Shown here piece by piece: positions 26,985 through 37,160 of a stretch of 64,000 bases of DNA; the stretch's first letter is position 1, and the number at the start of each line of letters is the position of its first letter. The notes below the pieces were generated by a model. That model was given only the letters and a program-made list of their open reading frames with translations, did not search any database and was not told where the DNA came from. Source of the stretch: Candidatus Multivorans sp. (GTDB taxonomy: Bacteria > Acidobacteriota > Thermoanaerobaculia > Multivoradales > Multivoraceae); assembly GCA_965205095.1 (NCBI GenBank), contig OZ242040.1, forward strand, positions 2,855,362-2,919,361, in the 5' to 3' direction. The position numbers were made by a program, and so were the translations under genes.

Positions 26985-28820
26985 GTGTCGCTGATTCCGC
27001 TTCGAACCCGAGCAATTCCTGTTTACCTGGGCCCCTTCTGCCTGCTCCTGGCCGCTACCGCGGCCGTCCTGCTTGCCGGCTGCGCCGGCGAAGCACGGCC
27101 GACGGCGGCCGAGTTCACGGCAGCGGCCGAGGAGACGCTCATGGAGCACTACTACGACGGCAGCCGCGCGGCCTGGGTGCAATCGACGTACATCAACGAG
27201 GACACGACCGCCCTGGCGGCCCGTGCCGGAGCGGAGGCGCTGACCCGCGCGATCGACTTCGCGCAGGAGGCGGCGACCTACGACGCGGCGTTGGAGGCGG
27301 ACGAGGTGGCGCGCAAGCTCAACCTGCTTCGCGGCGGACTGACCGTGGCCGCGCCCGCTGACGAGGCGAAGATCGAGGAACTGAGCCAGATCACGACCAG
27401 GATGGAAGCGGCCTACGGCACCGGCAGGCACTGTCCGAGCGGGCCGGATTCCTGCCGTTCGCTCGACGATCTGGAGGACGTGATCGACAACAGCCGGGAC
27501 GCTGCCGCTCTGCTCGACGCCTGGGAGGGCTGGCGCACGATCTCGCCGCCGATGCGCGCGGACTACCAGCGCTTCGTCGAGCTTTCGAACGAGGGCGCCC
27601 GGGGCCTCGGCTACGACGACACCGGCGCGATGTGGCGGTCGGGCTACGACATGCCGCCGAACGACTTCGCCGCGGAGACGGACCGTCTCTGGGAGCAGGT
27701 GAAGCCGCTCTACGACGATCTGCACTGCCACGTCCGCGCCGAACTCGCGGAGCAGTACGGTCCGGACGTCGTGGATCCCGAGGGCGCCATCCCGGCGCAC
27801 GTTCTCGGCAACATGTGGGCGCAGACGTGGTCCAACGTGTTCGACCTCGTCGCGCCGCAGACGGCCGATCCCGGATACGACCTGACGGAGATTCTCCGCG
27901 AGCGTCAGACGTCGGAGCGGGAGATGGTCGAGATCGCCGAGGGCTTCTTCACCTCGCTCGGGATGGAAGAGCTTCCCGACACCTTCTGGCGGCGCTCCCA
28001 GTTCCTCCGGCCCCGAGACCGCGATGTCGTCTGTCACGCGAGCGCCTGGCAGCTCGACCTGGACGAGGACGTCCGGATCAAGATGTGCATCCAGATCAAC
28101 GCCGAGGATTTCTCGACGATCCACCATGAACTCGGCCACACCTACTACCAGCTCGGCTACCGGGAGCTGCCGCCCCTGTTCCGGGACAGCGCGAACGACG
28201 GGTTCCACGAGGCGCTGGGCGACACGATTTCCCTGTCCGTCACGCCGGGCTACCTCGTCGACATCGGTCTGCTCGACGAGGAGCCGCCGGCCGAGGCCGA
28301 CCTCTCGCTCCTCATGCGGATGGCGCTGGACAAGGTCGCCTTCCTGCCCTTCGGCCTGCTCGTCGACCGCTGGCGCTGGGGCGTGTTCTCCGGCGAGACG
28401 CCGCCCGAGGAGTACAACGCGGCCTGGTGGCGCCTGCGCGAGCAGTACCAGGGAGTGACCGCTCCATCGACGCGAACGGAGGAGGACTTCGACCCGGGCG
28501 CGAAGTACCACGTGCCGGGCAACACGCCGTACACGCGCTACTTCCTGGCGCACATCCTCCAGTTCCAGTTCCACCGCGACCTGTGCGCGGCGATCGGCTA
28601 CGAAGGTCCGCTCCACCGCTGCTCGATCTACGGCGAGGAAGAGGCGGGCCGTCGCCTGCGCGAGATGATGGCGATGGGTCTGAGCCGGCCGTGGCCCGAG
28701 GCGCTCGAGGCCATGGGCGGCAGCCGGGAGATGGACGCCACGGCGATCCTCGACTACTTCGCCCCGCTCGCCGACTGGCTCAAGGAGCAGAACGCCGGCC
28801 GGTCCTGCGGCTGGAGCTAG
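26985..28820 (+). CDS. peptidyl-dipeptidase A (angiotensin-converting-enzyme homologue, M2 family) lipoprotein
   Basis: 611 aa. The lipobox is LLAGCAG. It has the HHELGHTYY zincin motif plus a downstream HEALGD. M2 family blocks run across the full length. Confidence 0.8.
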   Translation: MSLIPLRTRAIPVYLGPFCLLLAATAAVLLAGCAGEARPTAAEFTAAAEETLMEHYYDGSRAAWVQSTYINEDTTALAARAGAEALTRAIDFAQEAATYDAALEADEVARKLNLLRGGLTVAAPADEAKIEELSQITTRMEAAYGTGRHCPSGPDSCRSLDDLEDVIDNSRDAAALLDAWEGWRTISPPMRADYQRFVELSNEGARGLGYDDTGAMWRSGYDMPPNDFAAETDRLWEQVKPLYDDLHCHVRAELAEQYGPDVVDPEGAIPAHVLGNMWAQTWSNVFDLVAPQTADPGYDLTEILRERQTSEREMVEIAEGFFTSLGMEELPDTFWRRSQFLRPRDRDVVCHASAWQLDLDEDVRIKMCIQINAEDFSTIHHELGHTYYQLGYRELPPLFRDSANDGFHEALGDTISLSVTPGYLVDIGLLDEEPPAEADLSLLMRMALDKVAFLPFGLLVDRWRWGVFSGETPPEEYNAAWWRLREQYQGVTAPSTRTEEDFDPGAKYHVPGNTPYTRYFLAHILQFQFHRDLCAAIGYEGPLHRCSIYGEEEAGRRLREMMAMGLSRPWPEALEAMGGSREMDATAILDYFAPLADWLKEQNAGRSCGWS

Positions 28821-28824
28821 CGGC

Positions 28825-29601
28825 TTGCTGATTGCCACCTGGAACATCAACGGCCTGGGAGCGCGCTTCGACTTCCTGGTCCACTGGCTCAAGGCGCGGC
28901 GGCCCGATGTCGTCGGCCTTCAGGAACTCAAGGCGACCGCCGACAACGTCCCGATCCCGGCGCTCGAGGAACTCGGCTACCACGCCGCCGTGTGCGGCCA
29001 GAAGGCCTGGAACGGCGTCGCTGTCCTCTCGCGCCATCCGATTGAGGAGGTCCAGTCCGGCCTGCCGGGCGAAGAGGAGGCCGGCGCGCGCCTGCTACGG
29101 GTGAAGACCGCGGGCCTCGACTTCACGACCGTCTACTGCCCGAACGGCAAGGACATCGATCACCTGGACTACCCGCGCAAGCTGGCGTGGTTCGACTCGC
29201 TCCGGGACTACCTGGGCGGTTCACTCGGCGCGGACGAGTCCGCGGTTCTCTGCGGCGACTTCAACATCGCGCCGACGCGCCTCGACACTCACGACGAGGA
29301 TCGTCTGGCCGGCGGCATCCACCACACGGAGGCGGAGCGCGACCGGTTTCGCGCGCTGCTGGACCTCGGCTTCGTCGACCTGTTCCGGGAACTCCATCCG
29401 GAGACGGTCAAGTTCTCCTGGTGGGACTACCGGTTCGGCGCCTTTCACCGCAACCTGGGCCTGCGGATCGACTTCCTGCTGGCGACCGAAACCGTACGGG
29501 AGCGTGTCCAGGAGGTCGAGACCGACCGCGACTACAGGAAGAAGAAGGAGGGGCTCATCGCCTCCGACCACGCGCCGGTGATGGCAAGGCTGGGTGCGTA
29601 G
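28825..29601 (+). CDS. xthA: exodeoxyribonuclease III
   Basis: TTG start. The MLIATWNINGL motif and EEP-superfamily catalytic residues (D, N, H near the C-terminus: SDHAPV) are present. Confidence 0.85.
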   Translation: MLIATWNINGLGARFDFLVHWLKARRPDVVGLQELKATADNVPIPALEELGYHAAVCGQKAWNGVAVLSRHPIEEVQSGLPGEEEAGARLLRVKTAGLDFTTVYCPNGKDIDHLDYPRKLAWFDSLRDYLGGSLGADESAVLCGDFNIAPTRLDTHDEDRLAGGIHHTEAERDRFRALLDLGFVDLFRELHPETVKFSWWDYRFGAFHRNLGLRIDFLLATETVRERVQEVETDRDYRKKKEGLIASDHAPVMARLGA

Positions 29602-29606
29602 CGCGG

Positions 29607-31217
29607 TCAGGCCGCCTCGACGACTTCGCCGACGGCCTGCGCGCGCTCGATCCGCGTGCTCTCATCGTTCGCCACCGAGCGGCCGGCCAGCCAGAAGAAG
29701 ATCACGCCGAGGACGTACGCGCCAAGGCTGGCGAGCATCGCCAGTTGCAACGAGCGGCCGGAGTCGACGCCGCCAGCCTCCAGGGTCGTGCTCAGCCAGC
29801 CCATGAGGAAAGGACCCAGGGCGAGACCCACGAAGGTCATCATGAGGATGTAGAACGCCGATGCGGTTCCGCGCATTCTGGGCAGCACGAGGTCGTTGGC
29901 CATGGCGACGGCCGAACCGATCCAGGCTGATCCGAAGACCGTGAAGAGGAAGTTCATCACGTAGGCGGTCGTGACGCTCTCGGTCAGCACGAGGAAGGCG
30001 CCCAGGGGGATCGAGCCGACGGCGATGATGATGCCGCAGAGCGGCCGGGCGTTCGGCCTCTTCCGCTTCATGCGGTCGGAGAACCAGCCGCCTCCGGCGA
30101 CGCCGAGCCAGCCGGCGACGGCGGCCGTGAGGCCGAGAATCAGGCCGGCTTCGCCGGCGCTCTGGTCGTGAACCCGCCGGAAGAACGTGGGCGCCCAGAA
30201 GCCGAGGCCGTAACCGACGAACGCCATCCAGCCGAAGCCGAACATGCCGTAGATCATCGACCGGGACCGGTAGATCAACTCGAACGTGGGCCTGTCCCGC
30301 AGCTTCAGGCCCTGCACCCAGGACAGGAAGGCATAGGCGCCGATGGCGAGCGCGATCCACTGCACCGGGTTGCCGAAGACCTGGATCAGGCCGAAGGCGA
30401 CTACGGCGCATCCGACGGCTATCAGCAGGTTTCGGCTGATCGCGCGAAAGCCGCCGCTCGCGAAGAGCGAGAACACGGTGAGCGGCGGCAGAATGGCGGC
30501 CGTTTCCTTGCCCAGTTCCTTGAACGGCGCGGGATGCGGGGGAGTGACGATGCCCTCGCTCTGGCCCCGCACGGGCTCTTTCAGAGTCCACACCCAGATC
30601 GCCATCAGCAGGCCCGGCAGCCCGACGGCGAAGAAGGCGACCTGCCAGCCGACGAGGCCGAAAGGCGCCCCGCCGTCGGCGTACGCGTTGTTCCAGCGGT
30701 CGACGATCTGACCGCCGATCAGGATGCCGAGGCCGGCGCCGATGTAGACGCCGCTCGAGTACATCGCGGTCACCGTGGCCCGCAGCCGCGGCGGGTAGTA
30801 GTCCCCGAGCATGGAGAACGCGGCCGGTCCGGCGCTCGATTCGCCGATGCCGACGCCGACCCGGTAGGCGGCGAGCGAAGCGAAGCCGCGCGCGGTGCCC
30901 GACAGCGCGGTCATCAGGCTCCACGCGGCCAGGCCGACCGAGATCAGGCTCTTGCGGGTCCACATGTCGGCCAGGCGGCCGATCGGAATCCCGAAGATGG
31001 CGTAGAAGACGGCGAACGCGGTGCCGTAGAGGAAGCCGAGCTGGGCGTCGCTGACGCCGAGGTCGTTGCGGATGTCCTCGGCGAGGATCGAGAGGATCTG
31101 ACGGTCGATGAAGTTGAAGACGTAGACCAGGACGAGGACGCCCAGGACGTAGTTGGAGTACCGCCGGCTGGGCGCCTGCGGGGCTGGGGTCTGGCTGTCC
31201 TGGTCTGTTGACGTCAT
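29607..31217 (-). CDS. MFS transporter (Spinster-like family)
   Basis: 536 aa, 12+ TM segments, with the FNFIDRQILSIL motif. Confidence 0.75.
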   Translation of the reverse strand: MTSTDQDSQTPAPQAPSRRYSNYVLGVLVLVYVFNFIDRQILSILAEDIRNDLGVSDAQLGFLYGTAFAVFYAIFGIPIGRLADMWTRKSLISVGLAAWSLMTALSGTARGFASLAAYRVGVGIGESSAGPAAFSMLGDYYPPRLRATVTAMYSSGVYIGAGLGILIGGQIVDRWNNAYADGGAPFGLVGWQVAFFAVGLPGLLMAIWVWTLKEPVRGQSEGIVTPPHPAPFKELGKETAAILPPLTVFSLFASGGFRAISRNLLIAVGCAVVAFGLIQVFGNPVQWIALAIGAYAFLSWVQGLKLRDRPTFELIYRSRSMIYGMFGFGWMAFVGYGLGFWAPTFFRRVHDQSAGEAGLILGLTAAVAGWLGVAGGGWFSDRMKRKRPNARPLCGIIIAVGSIPLGAFLVLTESVTTAYVMNFLFTVFGSAWIGSAVAMANDLVLPRMRGTASAFYILMMTFVGLALGPFLMGWLSTTLEAGGVDSGRSLQLAMLASLGAYVLGVIFFWLAGRSVANDESTRIERAQAVGEVVEAA

Positions 31218-31230
31218 TCGGCTCCCGTGG

Positions 31231-31758
31231 TCATTCGGCTCCGTCCGTTCCCGGTTCCGCCATGGCGCCGGGGACCGTGCCCTTCGCGAGTTCCTGGTCG
31301 ATCATCAGCATACCGACGCCGTCGCCGCCCACCAGGCGCAGCCGGCCGAGCAGTGTGCGGGCGACGTTCTCCTCCTCGACCTGCTCGTTGATGAACCACT
31401 GGAGCATGATCGAGGCGGCGCGGTCGTGGACCTTCTCGGAGAGGTCGTAGAGCTTCTCGATCGCCCTGGTGACCCGCTGCTCGCTCTCGAGAATGTCGGC
31501 GACGGCGGCTTCCGGCGATTCCCACTCGGTCGGCTGGGCCGGAATCTCGGGAATCTTCACGAGCAGATCGCGGTCGGCCAGGTGGTCGATGATGCGGTGG
31601 GCGTGGCCGAGTTCGTCGGCCGACTGGCCGCGCAGCCAGGCGCCGAAGCCGGGCAGGTCGATGCGCTCGAGCCAGAGCGCCATCGAGAGGTAGCGATGCG
31701 CGGCCTCGAACTCGAGCCCAAGGTGGGTATTCAAACGGTCGTGGAGCTTCTGGTCCAT
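31231..31758 (-). CDS. ftn: non-heme ferritin
   Basis: 175 aa with ferroxidase-centre residues (EFEAAHRY... ELGHAHR...) in the ferritin-like fold. Confidence 0.8.
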   Translation of the reverse strand: MDQKLHDRLNTHLGLEFEAAHRYLSMALWLERIDLPGFGAWLRGQSADELGHAHRIIDHLADRDLLVKIPEIPAQPTEWESPEAAVADILESEQRVTRAIEKLYDLSEKVHDRAASIMLQWFINEQVEEENVARTLLGRLRLVGGDGVGMLMIDQELAKGTVPGAMAEPGTDGAE

Positions 31759-31863
31759 CGTGTTCTCCGTGTCGGGCGATTGGGGCAGTTGAAGGCGGGC
31801 GCCGCCAGCATAGCGCCGCCCGATGGAGAAGCGGTGAAGCGGGAACCGCCCGCCTGCCTTGCG

Positions 31864-32844
31864 CTACGGCAGCAACTCTTCGACGCCGGCGCGCTCTTCG
31901 AACAGCTCGTCCAGAGTCGCCTGCATCCGCCCCTGGCTGAACTCGTCGACGTCGAGGCCCTGCACGATCTCGTAGTCGCCGCCGCTGGTGGTCACCGGGA
32001 AGGAGTAGATGACGCCTTCGCGCGCGCCGTAGCTGCCGTCGGCGGGAATCGCCATGCTGACCCAGTCGCCGTCGGCCGTGCCCTGGACCCAGGTGCGGAT
32101 GTGGTCGATCGCCGCGGCGGCCGCCGAGGCCGCGGACGAGGCCCCGCGTGCCTTGATGATCGCCGCGCCGCGCTGCTGAACGGTGGGGATGAACTCCTCG
32201 CGGGTCCAGGCCTCGTCGACGAGTTCCGGCGCCGGCCGGCCGTCGACCAGGGCGTGGTTGAGGTCCGGGTACTGGGTCGCCGAGTGGTTGCCCCAGATCG
32301 TCATCCGGCGCACGCGGGTCGTGTGGGCGCCGGTCTTCTCCGCGAGCTGGCTGATCGCCCGGTTGTGGTCGAGGCGGGTCATCGCCGTGAACTGGCGCCG
32401 GTCCAGGCTCGGCGCGTTGCTGGCCGCGATCAGGGCGTTCGTGTTCGCCGGATTGCCGACGACGACCACCCGCACGTCGCGGCTGGCGTGGGCGTCGAGC
32501 GCCTTGCCCTGCACCGAGAAGATCGCCGCGTTCGCCTGCAGCAGGTCCTTGCGCTCCATGCCCGGCCCGCGCGGCCGCGCGCCGACCAGCATCGCGACGT
32601 CCGCGCCGTCGAAGGCCTCGTCCGCGTCGGAACTCGTCACGATGTCGTGCAGGAGCGGATAGGCCGAGTCGCGAAGCTCCATGACGACGCCGGCGAGGGC
32701 ATCCATCGCCGGCGGAATCTCCAGAAGCTGGAGGCTCACCGGCTGCTCCGGTCCGAGCATCTCGCCGGCGGCGATCCGGAAGATCAGGGAATAGCCGATC
32801 TGACCGGCGGCTCCGGTGACGGCGACTCGAACGGGTGTTGGCAT
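31864..32844 (-). CDS. mdh: malate dehydrogenase (LDH-like type 2)
   Basis: [15 protein letters not shown]-binding motif and the MTRLDHNRA catalytic-loop signature. Confidence 0.85.
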   Translation of the reverse strand: MPTPVRVAVTGAAGQIGYSLIFRIAAGEMLGPEQPVSLQLLEIPPAMDALAGVVMELRDSAYPLLHDIVTSSDADEAFDGADVAMLVGARPRGPGMERKDLLQANAAIFSVQGKALDAHASRDVRVVVVGNPANTNALIAASNAPSLDRRQFTAMTRLDHNRAISQLAEKTGAHTTRVRRMTIWGNHSATQYPDLNHALVDGRPAPELVDEAWTREEFIPTVQQRGAAIIKARGASSAASAAAAAIDHIRTWVQGTADGDWVSMAIPADGSYGAREGVIYSFPVTTSGGDYEIVQGLDVDEFSQGRMQATLDELFEERAGVEELLP

Positions 32845-32987
32845 GGCGTGATTTCCTCCTCGATCCGGCGCGGGATCGTAGCACCGCCGAGTCGCGGATC
32901 CGTGAGTGGCGCTTGCGGTGCCCCTGCCCGGGGATCGCTAGCGTCGCAACGGGCGGGACAGGTTCGGCCCTGCCGAGGACGAGGCGG

Positions 32988-33359
32988 CTATGGCGCGTCT
33001 CGCGTGACGAGCCAACGCGTTTCAGTTCTCAACGTCCGCGCGAACCGGCCGCCTTCGGCTTGCAACCGCCGCCACTCGTGGGCCGTGTAGACGAGCAGGT
33101 CTGTCGGCACCGGCAGATTCTCGGTGGGCCACTCGCGGGTCCTCTCCATCGCCGGCCGGTCGTCGGCTTCGACGATCGCTATCAGGTCCAGGTCGCTGCC
33201 GAAGCCCTCGTCACCGCGCGCGTAGGACCCGAAGTAGCCGAGCGCGATCAGGTCGTGGCGTCGTTTGGCTGCTGTTTCGCCCCAATCCTCGAGAACACGG
33301 AGGACGGCGTCAGTGTTCGGCCAGCGCTTGATCGACGAAATCGAAGATGTGACGGGCAT
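32988..33359 (-). CDS. minimal nucleotidyltransferase (MNT), cognate of upstream HEPN
   Basis: ATG at 33357-33359 (MPVTSS...). GSYARGDEGFGSDLDLIAIV is the nucleotidyltransferase motif. Its 5' end overlaps the HEPN 3' end by ~50 nt in a different frame. Confidence 0.6.
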   Translation of the reverse strand: MPVTSSISSIKRWPNTDAVLRVLEDWGETAAKRRHDLIALGYFGSYARGDEGFGSDLDLIAIVEADDRPAMERTREWPTENLPVPTDLLVYTAHEWRRLQAEGGRFARTLRTETRWLVTRDAP

Positions 33360-33699
33360 GGCTGAGCGCCAGTTCGCTCTGAATCGGACCATAGTGTTCG
33401 AACGGGGCGCCTTCGGCGTGTCCGTTCGGGTAACGCGCAGGAACGTAGAAGTTGTCGAGGACTTTAGCGCTGTCTACGAGCTCCGCCGGTGCGGACGTGG
33501 GCAGATCGGCCAGGAGTCGAGCCACGACGTGGCCCCATGCCTCCTGGCCCAGCGCGAGGTGGAGCGCCTTGACCGCCTTCTCGGCCGCCTGGTGGGCCGC
33601 GAAGCAAGCCCATTCGTGCCGTCCGTTCTCCCTGTTCTCTGCGGCGGTCTCCAGGTCGCGCTGGGCCTGGTTCCACCAGTCCTGTGAGCGCTGCGCCAT
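33310..33699 (-). CDS. HEPN-domain protein
   Basis: 129 aa, all-alpha, with the NFYVPARYPN region typical of HEPN proteins paired with MNT. Confidence 0.6.
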   Translation of the reverse strand: MAQRSQDWWNQAQRDLETAAENRENGRHEWACFAAHQAAEKAVKALHLALGQEAWGHVVARLLADLPTSAPAELVDSAKVLDNFYVPARYPNGHAEGAPFEHYGPIQSELALSHARHIFDFVDQALAEH

Positions 33700-33751
33700 C
33701 TGAACTCCCTTCGATCAGTGTACCGGCCGAAGCGCCAATAGACTCGCGCGC

Positions 33752-34777
33752 ATGGCGAAGCGCGTTCTGGTCACCGGCGGAGCCGGCTTTATCGGCAGTC
33801 ACACCTGCGTCGAGCTGCTCGCTTCCGGTTGGGACGTGACCGTCATCGACGATCTCTCGAACAGTTCGCCCGAGGCGTTGCGCCGGGTACAGGAACTGGC
33901 GGGGCGGGACCTGCGTTTCGTCGAAGGAGACGTGCTCGACGAGGCTGCGCTCGAGCGAGCGTTCGGCGACGGCGGCTGTGCGGCGGTCATCCACTTCGCC
34001 GCGAAGAAGGCGGTGGGCGAGTCCTGCGCCGACCCGCTTGGCTACTACCGTACGAACGTGGCGGGCACCATCAGTCTGCTGAGGGCGATGCGCCGGCACG
34101 ACGTGCGCCGGCTGGTCTTCTCGTCGTCCGCGACGGTCTACGGCGATCCGGGGCCGGGCGCCTGCCCGCTGGCCGAGAGCGCGCCGCTCAGGCCCTCCAA
34201 TCCCTACGGCCAGACGAAGCTCTGCGTCGAGCGCATGCTGCGAGATGTGGCCGCTTCGGAGGAGGACTGGCGGATCCTCTCGCTGCGCTACTTCAACCCC
34301 GCCGGGGCTCACCCGAGCGGCCGGATCGGCGAGGACCCACGGGGCCTTCCAGAGAACCTGCTGCCGAGCGCGATGCAGGCCGCGGTTGGAACGTTGCGCG
34401 AGCTTCGCGTGTTCGGGACGGACTATCCGACCCGGGACGGCACGGCGATCCGGGACTATCTCCATGTGGTGGACGTCGCGACCGGGCATCTGCGGGCGCT
34501 GGACCGCCTGCCTGCGGTCAACGGCTGCTCCGAGTACAACCTGGGCACCGGCTGCGGGGTCACGGTGTTCGAGGTGCTCGAGGCGGTGAAGCGGGCCAGC
34601 GGCCGGGAAGTACCGACCGTGCTCGAAGGGCGGCGGCAGGGCGACGCGACGGAGGTATGGGCGGATCCGTCGCTCGCGGGCCGCGACCTTGACTGGACGG
34701 CGGAGCGCGGCCTGGACGACATCTGCGCCGACGCCTGGCGCTGGCAGAACGCGAACCCCGAGGGGTACGGAAGTTGA
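33752..34777 (+). CDS. galE: UDP-glucose 4-epimerase
   Basis: VLVTGGAGFIGSH Rossmann motif, YxxxK catalytic motif and SDR-extended family blocks. Confidence 0.85.
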   Translation: MAKRVLVTGGAGFIGSHTCVELLASGWDVTVIDDLSNSSPEALRRVQELAGRDLRFVEGDVLDEAALERAFGDGGCAAVIHFAAKKAVGESCADPLGYYRTNVAGTISLLRAMRRHDVRRLVFSSSATVYGDPGPGACPLAESAPLRPSNPYGQTKLCVERMLRDVAASEEDWRILSLRYFNPAGAHPSGRIGEDPRGLPENLLPSAMQAAVGTLRELRVFGTDYPTRDGTAIRDYLHVVDVATGHLRALDRLPAVNGCSEYNLGTGCGVTVFEVLEAVKRASGREVPTVLEGRRQGDATEVWADPSLAGRDLDWTAERGLDDICADAWRWQNANPEGYGS

Positions 34778-35436
34778 GCGGAGACGGCAGGCCGAGCGCG
34801 GGAGATGCGCCGCTCGAGGTGTTCGTCTACTACGACTTCGCCTCCAGCCTGAGCTATGTGGCGCACCGGGTCCTGGCCCGGGTCGACGAGGCGCTAGCGG
34901 CGGAGCGCGTCGACCTGCGGTGGAAGGCGATCGACCTGACCGGCGTGGGGAACTTCCAGCGCGGCCGGCTTCTTGACCCGGCACGGCGGCAGAGCCTGCT
35001 GAGGGTGGCTGCGGCGCTGGACGTGAACTTCGACCCACCCGCGCGCTGGCCCGACTCGCGCCTGGCCGGCGAGGTAGCGGTGGTCCTGGACGAGCGCATC
35101 GACCGCGGACTCGACCCGGCGATCGAACGGGAATGGCGGGAGGCGGTGTTCGCGGCCTGTTACGAGCGCGCCGTCGAGGTCGAGGATCTGCTGCGGGACT
35201 TCGAGCGCCGTGTTCCCTTCCCGCTCGGATCGGCCGACGATCTTGCCGCCGGCCGCCGGCTGGCCGAGGTCACGCGGAACGCGGTGGCGGCCGGGGTCGA
35301 GGGCGTGCCGACCCTGATGTTCGACGTCTTCCCTCTGTGCGGCATCCACGACGAGGAGACGATGCTGGGGATGATCCGGCGCTATGCCCGGCGACGCCGT
35401 CGGCTGGAGGCGGATGCCGCAGCCGGGGTCAATTGA
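34774..35436 (+). CDS. DsbA-like thioredoxin-fold protein lacking the CxxC motif (kappa-GST / HCCA-isomerase family)
   Basis: FVYYDFASSLSY occupies the position of DF-CPWC-Y. GVPTLMFD is the cis-Pro loop region. Its start overlaps the galE stop (ATGA). Confidence 0.5.
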   Translation: MSGDGRPSAGDAPLEVFVYYDFASSLSYVAHRVLARVDEALAAERVDLRWKAIDLTGVGNFQRGRLLDPARRQSLLRVAAALDVNFDPPARWPDSRLAGEVAVVLDERIDRGLDPAIEREWREAVFAACYERAVEVEDLLRDFERRVPFPLGSADDLAAGRRLAEVTRNAVAAGVEGVPTLMFDVFPLCGIHDEETMLGMIRRYARRRRRLEADAAAGVN

Positions 35437-37160
35437 TGCGTCTCCTCGCTTTGTCCGCGACCGCAGCCGCGATCCTCGGTTGCGCGGTGGAGGACGGCGC
35501 TTCGGAGCCGCCGGCTGCGCCGTCGGCGGACGTCGCGGCCGCGGGAGGTGTGCGATTCGTCGACGTGACCGCCGAGACCGGCCTCGACTTCGTTCACGCG
35601 ACGGACTCCGCCGGGGCCTTTCCGATGCCGGCGATCATGGGCGGCGGCGTCGCGGCGTTCGATGCGGACGGCGACGGTCTGCTCGACCTCTACTTCCCGA
35701 ACGCGGGCAGCGAGATCGCCGGCGAGGCGGGGCGCAACCGCTTCTACCTGCAGCGGCCGCGCGGCCGTTTCGTCGACGCGACGGCGGGGTCGGGTCTGGA
35801 CAATCCCGGCTACGGCATGGGCGCGGCCGTCGGGGACATCGACAACGACGGCGACTTCGATCTCTACGTGACGAACTTCGGGCCCGATGTGCTCTACCGC
35901 AACGAAGGCGGCGGCCGCTTCGTCGACGTGACGGAGGACTTCGGTGTTGTGACGCCCGGCTGGTCGACCTCGGCCGTGCTCTTCGACGCGGATCTCGACG
36001 GCTGGCTGGACCTCTACGTCGCTCGCTACGTTCAGTGGAACGAGGCCCGCGAGTGCCAGGTCCAGGGCGGTCGGGTCGACTACTGCGGTCCGCAGCAGTT
36101 CGAGGGCGAGGCGGACGTCTTCTACCGGAACGAGGGCGGCCGGCGCTTCGTCGATCGCAGCCGGGATGCGGGCGTTTCGCTGATCGAGGACGCGGGCCTG
36201 GGCGTCGTTGCCGCCGACCTCGACGAGGACGGACTGCCCGACGTCTACGTCGCCAACGACGCCGACCCGAACCAGCTCTGGATCAACCGTGGCGGCGGCG
36301 TGTTCGAGGACGACGCGGTGCTGCTCGGTGCCGCCTACAATCGGTTTGGTGTAGGCGAGGCGGGTATGGGCATAGCACTGGGTGACATCGACGGCGACGG
36401 AGACGTGGACCTGTTCCTGAGTCACCTGATCGAGGAGACGAACACGCTGTACGTGAACCTGGGTGGAACACCGGGGGCGGCGGCCGGCTTCGAGGACCGG
36501 GCCGCCGAAGCCGGCCTGGCGGCGCCCAGCACGCCGTACACCGGCTTCGGAACCGCCTTCTTCGACGCCGACAACGACGGCGACCTGGACCTCGCCGTGG
36601 TCAACGGCGCGGTCAAGCAACGCCCGGAGACGCTCTCCGACCGTGACGACTGGTTCTGGCGCGGCTACGCCGAGCCCAACCTGCTGATGCTCGGTGATGG
36701 GGCCGGCGCCTTCGCCGATGCCAGCGGCGCTTCGGCCGACTTCGGGACGGCGCTCGACGTAAGCCGCAGCCTGGTTCCCTTCGACCTGGAGGGCGACGGC
36801 GATCTGGACCTGCTGGTCAGCAATCTGGAGGGGCCGGCGCGCGTCTATCGCAACGAGACGATCACGGAGACCGCGGCGGCCGCAGGGGGCTGGGTGGGGC
36901 TGCGTGTCGTCGACCCGGAACTGCGCCGCACGGCCCTGGGTGCCTCGGTCACTGCGTGGATCGACGGCCGGCCGGTTCGCCGCCTCGTGCTGCCGCTCGG
37001 CGGCTACCTGACCGGAGGCGAGGCGCCGCTCCACATCGGCCTTGGGGACGCCAACAACGTCGAGCGCTTCGAGGTGACCTGGCCGGGCGGCGCGGTCGAG
37101 GAGTTCGACGGCGCGGCAAGCGGTAGCGAAGTGACGCTCCTGCGCGGAGAAGGCCGATGA
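35436..37160 (+). CDS. CRTAC1-family (ASPIC/UnbV + FG-GAP repeat) lipoprotein
   Basis: In-frame ATG at 35436 (MRLLALSATAAAILGCAVEDG, a lipobox). It has repeated FG-GAP/VCBS D-x-D-G-D motifs and the UnbV_ASPIC C-terminus. The upstream part of the track ORF was rejected. Confidence 0.7.
   Translation: MRLLALSATAAAILGCAVEDGASEPPAAPSADVAAAGGVRFVDVTAETGLDFVHATDSAGAFPMPAIMGGGVAAFDADGDGLLDLYFPNAGSEIAGEAGRNRFYLQRPRGRFVDATAGSGLDNPGYGMGAAVGDIDNDGDFDLYVTNFGPDVLYRNEGGGRFVDVTEDFGVVTPGWSTSAVLFDADLDGWLDLYVARYVQWNEARECQVQGGRVDYCGPQQFEGEADVFYRNEGGRRFVDRSRDAGVSLIEDAGLGVVAADLDEDGLPDVYVANDADPNQLWINRGGGVFEDDAVLLGAAYNRFGVGEAGMGIALGDIDGDGDVDLFLSHLIEETNTLYVNLGGTPGAAAGFEDRAAEAGLAAPSTPYTGFGTAFFDADNDGDLDLAVVNGAVKQRPETLSDRDDWFWRGYAEPNLLMLGDGAGAFADASGASADFGTALDVSRSLVPFDLEGDGDLDLLVSNLEGPARVYRNETITETAAAAGGWVGLRVVDPELRRTALGASVTAWIDGRPVRRLVLPLGGYLTGGEAPLHIGLGDANNVERFEVTWPGGAVEEFDGAASGSEVTLLRGEGR

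Noticed and set aside
35133-35435. N-terminal 101-codon extension of the CRTAC1-family ORF
   Set aside because: It overlaps the DsbA-like gene. The ATG at 35436 gives a lipoprotein signal peptide with a lipobox.
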